NCBI GenBank assembly: GCA_963719465.1
Contig: OY970386.1
Coordinates: 1,590,582-1,654,581, forward strand
From: an uncultured Chloroflexia bacterium
Lineage (GTDB): Bacteria > Chloroflexota > Dehalococcoidia > DSTF01 > JALHUB01
Direction of reading: 5' to 3'
Length of the DNA stretch: 64,000 nucleotides
A program made the translations under genes and the position numbers. The notes beneath the pieces were generated by a model, which was not told the origin of the DNA, did not search any database, and saw nothing but the letters and a program-made list of their open reading frames with translations. Shown one piece after another: positions 39,018-46,646 of this stretch (position 1 is the first letter of the stretch; each line of letters opens with the position of its first letter).

Positions 39018-41120
39018 TTAGATTCCCGGAATGGTGCAGGTCTCGGTGAAGAAGATCTTGCCGGCGAGCCAGGCGACGAGCCCCGGGCCGCAGGGAATCG
39101 TTCCGTCAATCAGATCCTGGACGGAGCCGTCAAGGCCGACGGCGTGGATGCCGGAGCGATCGTTGACCAGGAGCGTCTGTGAGCCGAGCCAGATAGGCGC
39201 ATACGAGACGCCGTTACCGTATGAGAGCTTCTCTTCGCCTGTCACTGAGTCAGTGATCTTCACGCTTTGATCTTGGTACGTCAGCGCCGCAAGGTACTTG
39301 CCGTCTGGCGAGAATGAGAGAAGGCCCATGCCGCGACTCTGGGTCAGTGGTCTCGGCGAGTCGCTGCCATCCGCGTTCACTGTGTAGACTAAGCCACCCG
39401 TCGGGTTCGTGGAGGCGGCGACGGTGAAGGCGATGCGACTACTGTCCGGCGACCAGGCCAAGGACCCCGGCAGGCTAGAAATACCCGTGGTGGCGTTGAG
39501 AGCGGGAACGAGGGGCGTCAGAGCCCGGGTGGCCGGATCGAAGACGAAGAGCTTCTGATTCTCGACAAGGGCGATGCGCGAGCCGTCGGGGGACCACGCA
39601 GCCAGCGAGACATCGCCGGATAGTAGCGTCTTCACCTCGCCCGTATCGGGGTTAATCGTCCTCAAACCGCCGGCGTTGGTGCAGAGCGGGGCCAGGCCAT
39701 CGGGCGGCCAATCCATGCAGAACCCTGGCGAGGGGGAGGCATCGAACTCGCGCCTGCTACCATCCATACCGCCGATCACGAAGCCGTTGTTGACTATGAA
39801 GCGGGAACCGTCAGGGCTTACGGCATCGACTGTGTCGTGGGGCTGCAGCGAGACCTTCTGCAGGTCGCCGGTAGCGGGGTCAAGTGAGACCATCTCCTCC
39901 TTCTCGTCGGTCTGCAGGGGAACGGCAAGGCTCCGACTGTCCGGCGACCAGGCGACGAGGAAGTCGCTCATCCAGCCGTCCTTCAGGTCGACTACGGTCG
40001 TGTCCGGGCCGCTGCCATCTGACGCGACAACGTGGAGGGAGTAGGACGGCGATTGGGAAGGGGACAAGACCCGAAAGAAGGCGACCTTCGAGCCGTCCGG
40101 GGACAACCAGGGCTCCTCTCCGTCGGCGACGACATGCCCTTGCCAGACGCCGACGTCCGCCACGACGATGTGCCCGTCCTGGTACCACGCTATTCGCTTT
40201 CCATCTGCGGACCAGCTCGGGAAAAAGGCGAGAGAACTGCTGCATGTCGAGCAGGTTACCGAGGCTGTTCCCGAGCCGTCGACCGCGACGAGGCCAAGAG
40301 ATAGACTTGCGTTGCCGTTAGTGACGTCATGGCCCCAGACAACCCAGTGTCCGTCAGGCGAAAAGGCCGGAGGTCGATACGGGCCTTCCAATGGCACAAC
40401 CATCTCCCCAAGCGTTCGTTGCCCGCTGCCATCCGGCTTCGCGAGAATGACTGCCCAGCGACCGGGGCCGCTATCGGATTGCCGCCAGAGAAGAAGGTCA
40501 TCTGCCACCGACCAGTCCTTCACAGAGCCGAAATCCAGCTCGAGCGGCCCTCCGCTACCGCTCACGTCGATGACATAGGAGATTTGCTGCGGGAAGTCGG
40601 CGGAAACGGCGATTCTGTCGCCGGAAGGGGACCAGATGAGGTTGCGGCAGCCGTCGCAGGCGCCGAGGTCCCAGGAGCTAGGCTTGCCACCGACAGGTTG
40701 GACGACGAGATTGGTCGACGCGTTGCTCGTCTCCAGCCAGGCGCCTTTGGAGCCGTCGGGCGACCACGCGGCATAAGGGGTCCACTGGTCCTGCCGCTGG
40801 AACGGTATGAGCAGCCGCGGCGAGCCGTCCTCGATACGGTAGAAGCCGGTCGCCGGGCCGGTGCGCTGGATGAAGAGGAGCCGACCCTGGGAGTCGAACT
40901 GGACATTGTCGAAGTCGCCGGGGCCGACAACCTGGGTCGGAGGGTTGCCGTCGAGGGAGGAGACGCCGATGCTATCGCCGTCGAGAACGAGCGGCAGTTG
41001 GAGGTCAGCGGCGATCGTCAGGCCGGTCACGTTGCGGCTTTCGCTCGTTCCGCAGGCGACGACGAGCACTACGAGGATGACAAGAGGCAATAGCAGTGAG
41101 AGTCTTCCCTTCACCATCAT
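39018..41120 (-). CDS. TolB-like/PD40 beta-propeller lipoprotein
   Basis: SD GGAGG, lipobox VVAC, about ten WSPDG-like repeats. Confidence 0.85.
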   Translation of the reverse strand: MMVKGRLSLLLPLVILVVLVVACGTSESRNVTGLTIAADLQLPLVLDGDSIGVSSLDGNPPTQVVGPGDFDNVQFDSQGRLLFIQRTGPATGFYRIEDGSPRLLIPFQRQDQWTPYAAWSPDGSKGAWLETSNASTNLVVQPVGGKPSSWDLGACDGCRNLIWSPSGDRIAVSADFPQQISYVIDVSGSGGPLELDFGSVKDWSVADDLLLWRQSDSGPGRWAVILAKPDGSGQRTLGEMVVPLEGPYRPPAFSPDGHWVVWGHDVTNGNASLSLGLVAVDGSGTASVTCSTCSSSLAFFPSWSADGKRIAWYQDGHIVVADVGVWQGHVVADGEEPWLSPDGSKVAFFRVLSPSQSPSYSLHVVASDGSGPDTTVVDLKDGWMSDFLVAWSPDSRSLAVPLQTDEKEEMVSLDPATGDLQKVSLQPHDTVDAVSPDGSRFIVNNGFVIGGMDGSRREFDASPSPGFCMDWPPDGLAPLCTNAGGLRTINPDTGEVKTLLSGDVSLAAWSPDGSRIALVENQKLFVFDPATRALTPLVPALNATTGISSLPGSLAWSPDSSRIAFTVAASTNPTGGLVYTVNADGSDSPRPLTQSRGMGLLSFSPDGKYLAALTYQDQSVKITDSVTGEEKLSYGNGVSYAPIWLGSQTLLVNDRSGIHAVGLDGSVQDLIDGTIPCGPGLVAWLAGKIFFTETCTIPGI

Positions 41121-41287
41121 GCTATCCTCCTGGCGCTTGCCTTTCTGTAAAAGCAATATAGCCTAATTTCGCAGCCTTTTGCCTGACGGCAACCTTATGC
41201 CTTCCCTGCATTTCGCCTACGATGACGTCCCGCCGAGCTTTCCTCCGCGTACGGACTGCCACCCAAACTCTCTGCTATCATGACTGC

Positions 41288-41587
41288 ATGCCGCAATGCC
41301 GCCTCTCCATTCGCCTCACGCCGAAGGGCTCGCGCGACCAGATCGTCGGCTGGGAAGAAGACAGCGTGGGCGTCCGTTTCCTGCGCGTCCGCGTCGCCCC
41401 GCCGCCGGTGGAGGGTCGCGCCAACCAGGCGCTGCTCCGCCTCCTCGCGCTCTCTCTCAACGTGCCGCAAAGCCGCCTCACGCTCGTCGTCGGGCAGACG
41501 CAGCGGAACAAGGTGATCGCTGTCGAGGGGCTGACGGAGGGGGAGGCGCGGGCCCGCCTTTCGGCCGCTATCCCGAGTAGGCGCTGA
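41288..41587 (+). CDS. DUF167 (YggU) family protein
   Basis: LTPKGSRDQI, VAPPPVEGRAN, GQTQRNK. Confidence 0.85.
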   Translation: MPQCRLSIRLTPKGSRDQIVGWEEDSVGVRFLRVRVAPPPVEGRANQALLRLLALSLNVPQSRLTLVVGQTQRNKVIAVEGLTEGEARARLSAAIPSRR

Positions 41588-41822
41588 CGACGATCGTCTG
41601 GATGGCGAACAGGATGAAGATGGCGATCATGGGCGTGAAGTCGAACATGCCCATTCTTGGCATGATGCGACGCAGCGGCGACAGTATCGGCTCCGTTATC
41701 TGGTCGAGCGCCGAGATGATCGGGTTGCGCGGGTCGTTTGTGACCCACGACATCAGAGCGCGAACGAATATCGCCGCGATCATGATGTCGGTAAATATCT
41801 GGACGAATCTGACAAAGAGCAT
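41568..41822 (-). CDS. YggT family membrane protein
   Basis: RALMSW, TEPILSPLRRIMP, DFTPMI. Confidence 0.92.
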   Translation of the reverse strand: MLFVRFVQIFTDIMIAAIFVRALMSWVTNDPRNPIISALDQITEPILSPLRRIMPRMGMFDFTPMIAIFILFAIQTIVVSAYSG

Positions 41823-41829
41823 GTGTTGC

Positions 41830-42630
41830 TCAGCCTCCCAGGGTCTTCGACTTCTCGAAGGTCGCGATAAGTGCTTCCGTTATGGCGGCGCGAATCCCCG
41901 CCTCTTCCAGCACGAGCAGCCCTTCGGCCGTAGTGCCGCCGGGCGTGGTGGTCATCGCCTTCAGCTCGGCCGGCGTCTTGTCGGAGCGTTCGACGAGCGC
42001 GGCTGAGCCGGCGAACGTCTGGATGACGAGCTCCCGCGCCATGTCCCGCGGCACGCCGATGTGGACGGCGCCGTCGATGAACGCTTCGATGAGCAGGAAG
42101 ACGAAACCGGCGCCGCTGCCGGAGACGGCGGTCGCCATGTCGATGAACCGTTCCTCGTCGACGTAGAGCTCCTTGCCGGCCGCTTGGAGGAGCCGTCGCA
42201 CCTTTTGACGCGCCTCTTCGTCGACCTCGCGGCTCGCCGTCCAAACGCTCATGCCCTCGCCGATCTGGGCCGGCGGGTTCGGCATGACGCGCACGACGCG
42301 CTGGTGGCGCAGGCCGTCGCGCAGGCTCTGCAGCCTTATGCCGGCCATGATGGAGACCACCGTCTGCTCCGGCCGGAGCTGTCCTGCCAGCTCGGAGGCG
42401 ACGCCGCTGAACTGGTTGGGCTTGACGGCGAAGACGACGATCTCCGCCCCGGCAGCCGCCTGACGGTTGTCGGCGGTCGCTTGAACCCGCTGCTTCTCCG
42501 CCAGCGTCTGGCGTCGGCTGGCGAGCGGTTCGCCGACGGCCAGCTCTTCGGGCGAGGAGACGCCGTTGACCAGCAGGGCGCCGATCAGCGCCTCCGCCAT
42601 CTTGCCGCCGCCGATAAATCCTACTTTCAT
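41830..42630 (-). CDS. proC: Pyrroline-5-carboxylate reductase
   Basis: IGGGKMA, AVKP, RVMPN, TAVSGSG, TPGGTT. Confidence 0.96.
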   Translation of the reverse strand: MKVGFIGGGKMAEALIGALLVNGVSSPEELAVGEPLASRRQTLAEKQRVQATADNRQAAAGAEIVVFAVKPNQFSGVASELAGQLRPEQTVVSIMAGIRLQSLRDGLRHQRVVRVMPNPPAQIGEGMSVWTASREVDEEARQKVRRLLQAAGKELYVDEERFIDMATAVSGSGAGFVFLLIEAFIDGAVHIGVPRDMARELVIQTFAGSAALVERSDKTPAELKAMTTTPGGTTAEGLLVLEEAGIRAAITEALIATFEKSKTLGG

Positions 42631-43316
42631 TCTTCGCTCCGTCCGGGCCGAGGCCCAAAGATAGCGCGTCCGATCCTTATCATCGTCGCGCCCTCTTCCA
42701 CCGCGACCTCAAAGTCGTCGCTCATCCCCATCGACAGCTCGGTCAGGCCGAGCGCCTCCGCCATCTCGCGCAGTCGCCGGAAGACCGGCCGCACCTGCTC
42801 GGCGTCGGGCGCCGCGGGCGCGACAGTCATCAGGCCTGCCACGTCGATGTTCGGCAGAGAGCGGATCCGCTCCAGCGTCTGCGGCACTTCGTCCGGCCTC
42901 AGCCCGTATTTCGACGCCTCACCCGCGACGTTTACCTCCAGCAGGACGCTCACCGGCTTGCGGGCCGTCCTGCTGATGGCTTCCGCCAGATGCGGCGAAT
43001 CCACTGAATGGATTATATCAAACAGATCGAGTGCGGTCTTTACTTTGTTGGTCTGCAGATGGCCGACGAGGTGGCGCCGAAAGGTCGCGCCCTGGGCCGT
43101 CGCGGCTGGAAGCTTGGCCGCCGCTTCCTGGACGCGGTTCTCGCCGATGTCGCGCAGGCCGGCCTGCCAGGCGGCGACGACGGCTTCGACAGGGAAGCCT
43201 TTGCTGACGCCGACGATGGTGACGGCCGCGGGCGAGCGTCCGGCGCGCCGGCAAGCGGCATCGACGCGGTCGCGCAGGCGCTGGAGGTTGTAAGCGATAT
43301 CGGTTGTCGGTGTCAT
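42627..43316 (-). CDS. yggS: YggS-family PLP homeostasis protein
   Basis: GVSK, GENRVQE, GHLQTNKVK, LSMGMSDDF, IRIGRAIFG. Confidence 0.95.
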   Translation of the reverse strand: MTPTTDIAYNLQRLRDRVDAACRRAGRSPAAVTIVGVSKGFPVEAVVAAWQAGLRDIGENRVQEAAAKLPAATAQGATFRRHLVGHLQTNKVKTALDLFDIIHSVDSPHLAEAISRTARKPVSVLLEVNVAGEASKYGLRPDEVPQTLERIRSLPNIDVAGLMTVAPAAPDAEQVRPVFRRLREMAEALGLTELSMGMSDDFEVAVEEGATMIRIGRAIFGPRPGRSEE

Positions 43317-43344
43317 TCGTCAGTTGTCAGAAGAACGTTGCGAC

Positions 43345-43750
43345 GGCGGTGCGGCCCGACGAGCGAAGCGAGGAGGGCAGCCAGAACGCGATCATCGCGC
43401 CTGTCACTGCCGTCTCGCACGTCGAATGGAACTGCGGCGTAACATGTGCGTGCCTTGCCCGAAGCGGCGTGGTTTCGGCGCGATGCGCGGAGCGCATCGC
43501 GCAGCCAGACGCGGTCATCGCACCTGGCACTGCCGTCTCGCACGTCGAATGGAACTGCGGCGCAACATGTGCGTGCCTTGCCCGAAGCGGCGTGGTTTCG
43601 GCGCGATGCGCGGAGCGCATCGCGCAGCCAGACGCGGTCATCGCACCTGGCACTGCCGTCTCGCACGTCGAATGGATGATCGACGCAACATTACGCGATC
43701 TTCCGGATAGCGGCGCGGTTTCGTGCGTCCGCCGGAGGCGGACGCAGCCC
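43345..43750 (+). repeat. 123-bp tandem array (about three units) of the dispersed repeat family, copy E
   Basis: CACTGCCGTCTCGCACGTCGAATGGA at 43405, 43528 and 43651; two units carry the perfect hairpin GCGCGATGCGC-GGA-GCGCATCGCGC. Confidence 0.92.
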
Positions 43751-43804
43751 CGTACGCTCTTAACCGCAGGCTGCGGGATTCATCCCGCAGAACCGCAAAT
43801 CCAT

Positions 43805-46162
43805 TTACGCACAGCGCTCATACCCGCACGAGCGACACGTCAGGCAGCCCTCCGAGAACACCAGCACCGACCCGCAGTCCGGACACACCACCCCCGTGCT
43901 GATATCCCCGCTCGCCGGCAGCGGCGCCCCTTTCTTGCGACCGCGCGACGACCCGCTCGGCGGCGGCGCCTTCTTCCCCTCGCCGAAGCGCAGTTCCAGC
44001 CAGCGGAAGATGTAGTCGACCAGCAACGTCGCCTGACGCAGCTCGGCGTTGTTCGTGAAACCGTACGGCTCGAAGCGCGTCCCCTCGAACTTGTGCGCCA
44101 GGTCCTCCAGCGGCACCCCGTATTGCAGCGCCAGCGACGTCAGGACTGCCACCGAGTCCATCAGCCCGCGAATCGTCGACCCCTCCTTCGAGATCGTCAC
44201 GAACACCTCGCCCGGGCTGCCGTCGTCGTACAGGCCAACCGTCAGATAGCCTTCCTGGTCGCCGACCTGGAACTTGTGCGTCAGCGACGCCCGCTGGTCC
44301 GGGAGGCGGCGTCGATACGGCTGGCCGGGGCGCAACGACGGCGGGCCCGCCGCCACCCCCAGCGACCGCTCCGCCGCTATCGCCTCCTGCTGCTCGGGGC
44401 CCTTCACCGTCGCGTGCGAAAGCACCTGCATCTCGCGCGACCCGTCGCGATAGATCGTGATCCCCTTGCAGCCCTCGTGGTAGGCCAGCAGATACGCCCG
44501 CTCCACTTCGTCCGTCGTCGCCTCCCGACGGAAGTTGATCGTCTTGCTCACCGCGTTGTCCGTATGGCGCTGGAACGCCGCCTGCATGCGCACGTGCCAC
44601 TCCGGCGCAACGTCGTGCGCCGACACGAAGACCGCCTTCGCCCAGTCGGGCGCCTTCGGCTGCTCCCGGAGGCTGGCGCCGGCGGCCAGCGCGTCGATAA
44701 GCTTTTTCGAATGAAAGCCCTCCTCTTTGGCGACGCGCTCGAAGCGCTTGTTCACCTCCGTCAGCTTCGTCGCTGTCTTGGGATTGTGCGGGTCGAGGAA
44801 GTGGTGACGCGTGAACGCCAGCGCGAATGCCGGCTCGATGCCGCCCGAGCAATCCGCGATTATCGACAGCGTGCCGGTGGGCGCCACCGTCGTTCGCGTC
44901 GAGTTGCGCAGCGGTCGTCGCTCCCGGCCCGCCGCGTAGACGCTGTCCTCCCACGCCGGGAACGTCCCGCGCTCCCGCGCCAGCTCCTCCGACGCCGCGT
45001 CCGCCTTCTCCTGGATGAACGCCATCATTCGCTCGCCCAGCTTCAGCGCCTCGTCGGAGTCGTAAGGGATGCGAAGCTGGAAGAGCAGGTCCGCCCAGCC
45101 CATGACGCCGAGGCCGATCTTCCGCGTCTTCAGCGTCATCTCCGCGATCTGCGGCATCGGATATTGGTTCACGTCGATCACGTCGTCGAGGAAGCGGACG
45201 CAGACCGGCACCGTCGCCGCCAGCGCCTCCCAGTCGACTTCGCGCTCGCCTTCCCTGACGAACCGCGACAGGTTGATCGACCCCAGCGTGCACGACTCGT
45301 AGGGCAGTAGCGGCTGCTCGCCGCAGGGGTTCGTCGCTTCGATTGGTCCCAGCCGCGGCGTCGGGTTGTCGCGGTTCACCCGGTCGATGAACACCAGGCC
45401 GGGATCGCCGTTGCCCCACGCGTTCTCGACGATTAGGCGGAAGATCGCTCGCGCCCTTCGCTTGCCCACCGCCCGCCGCGTGCGCGGGCTGACGAGCGAG
45501 AACTCCTCGTCGCGCTCCACGGCTTCCATGAACCGCTCGTTCACCGCGACCGAGATGTTGAAGTTCGTCAGCGTCACCATGTCCGACTTGACGCGGATGA
45601 ACTCCTCGATGTCCGGGTGCTCGACGTTGAGGATGGCCATGTTGGCGCCGCGACGCGTCCCGCCCTGCTTGATCGCCTCCGTTGCCGCATCGAAGACCTT
45701 CATGAACGACACCGGCCCGCTGGCAAGGCCCGCCGTGCTCCGCACCATGTCGCCGGCTGGCCGCAGGCGGCTGAACGAGAAGCCGGTGCCGCCGCCGCTC
45801 TTGTGGATGACCGCCATGTTGCAGATGGCGCCGAAGATACCCTCCATCGAGTCCTCGACCGGCAGGACGAAGCAGGCCGCGAGCTGCTGAAGCGGCTGCC
45901 CGGCGTTCCCGAGCGTCGGCGAGTTGGGAAGAAAGCGCAGGCTTGTCATCACGTCGAGGAAGCGCTGCTCCCAGAGGCCGGCCTGTCGCGCGTCGCCGTA
46001 CGAGGTCTCGGCGCCGGCGATGTTGTGCGCGACGCGCCGGAATAGCTGCTCCGGCGTCTCGACGACGCGTCCGCGCTCGTCCTTCGCCAGGTAGCGCCGC
46101 TCTAGCACCAGGCGCGCGTTATCGGAGAGGGGCACGGAGTCGGGGTGAGCTTTTGTCGCCAT
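43805..46162 (-). CDS. nrdJ: Class II (adenosylcobalamin-dependent) ribonucleotide reductase with TSCPD domain, copy 2
   Basis: FLPNSPTL, LAACFVL, ATNPCGEQPL, SCTLGSIN, VAPTGT, SKTIN, YRDGSR, C-terminal CPDC/CRSC. Confidence 0.93.
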   Translation of the reverse strand: MATKAHPDSVPLSDNARLVLERRYLAKDERGRVVETPEQLFRRVAHNIAGAETSYGDARQAGLWEQRFLDVMTSLRFLPNSPTLGNAGQPLQQLAACFVLPVEDSMEGIFGAICNMAVIHKSGGGTGFSFSRLRPAGDMVRSTAGLASGPVSFMKVFDAATEAIKQGGTRRGANMAILNVEHPDIEEFIRVKSDMVTLTNFNISVAVNERFMEAVERDEEFSLVSPRTRRAVGKRRARAIFRLIVENAWGNGDPGLVFIDRVNRDNPTPRLGPIEATNPCGEQPLLPYESCTLGSINLSRFVREGEREVDWEALAATVPVCVRFLDDVIDVNQYPMPQIAEMTLKTRKIGLGVMGWADLLFQLRIPYDSDEALKLGERMMAFIQEKADAASEELARERGTFPAWEDSVYAAGRERRPLRNSTRTTVAPTGTLSIIADCSGGIEPAFALAFTRHHFLDPHNPKTATKLTEVNKRFERVAKEEGFHSKKLIDALAAGASLREQPKAPDWAKAVFVSAHDVAPEWHVRMQAAFQRHTDNAVSKTINFRREATTDEVERAYLLAYHEGCKGITIYRDGSREMQVLSHATVKGPEQQEAIAAERSLGVAAGPPSLRPGQPYRRRLPDQRASLTHKFQVGDQEGYLTVGLYDDGSPGEVFVTISKEGSTIRGLMDSVAVLTSLALQYGVPLEDLAHKFEGTRFEPYGFTNNAELRQATLLVDYIFRWLELRFGEGKKAPPPSGSSRGRKKGAPLPASGDISTGVVCPDCGSVLVFSEGCLTCRSCGYERCA

Positions 46163-46346
46163 GAGTGCACCTCCGGGTCATCCTCTACCCAGGGCCATCA
46201 ATCCGAATCGTAGTGAATCCAGTTTATCATTTCCGTCGCGCGCTCACGATGAGGTGGCGCCCCTGATCGCTCAAGGGCGCCACTTCTTTGATCGCTGCCG
46301 GGCGGCTGGTGGCGGGGGAGACCGCCGACAGCTTCCAAACCCAATG

Positions 46347-46481
46347 TTATTTCTTCGTCGGCTTTTCCCGCTGGCTCAAGGCGCTTGCAGCGGTCGCTTT
46401 CGGCCTGGGTCCTATGTGCTTGTCCTTCAGAACCTTGGACGCAATCTTAGCGACCCTCGGGCTCGTTACCTTCTTTGCCAT
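46347..46481 (-). CDS. 44-aa basic small protein
   Basis: SD AAGGAGA before ATG; MAKKVTSPRVAKIASKVLKDKHIGPRPKATAASALSQREKPTKK; hairpins downstream. Confidence 0.65.
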   Translation of the reverse strand: MAKKVTSPRVAKIASKVLKDKHIGPRPKATAASALSQREKPTKK

Positions 46482-46646
46482 TGCGAATCTCCTTGTTGAT
46501 CTCAGCGGCGAAGCGGCGTGGACCTCACACGGCGTGACGGCGATCGCTTGTGGCGCAGCACGCACTATCCAGTCCTTCACCGCTGGCTAAAACACCTCGG
46601 GCATCCTTCCGCCACACTCCGCCCTCGGCATTCGACGTTCTCCTAC

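Noticed and set aside
43345-43750. CRISPR array
   Set aside because: Inter-repeat segments are near-identical rather than unique spacers, the period is 123 bp, and there are no cas genes in the window.
43304-45310. 668-aa and other ORFs crossing the tandem array or antisense to nrdJ
   Set aside because: Shadow ORFs from high GC and a period divisible by 3; the same applies to most long Arg/Pro/Ala-rich antisense ORFs in the track.
46163-46345. Cobalamin riboswitch or NrdR box upstream of nrdJ-2
   Set aside because: No B12-box or GCCACTG pattern and no good NrdR consensus match; only generic hairpins.
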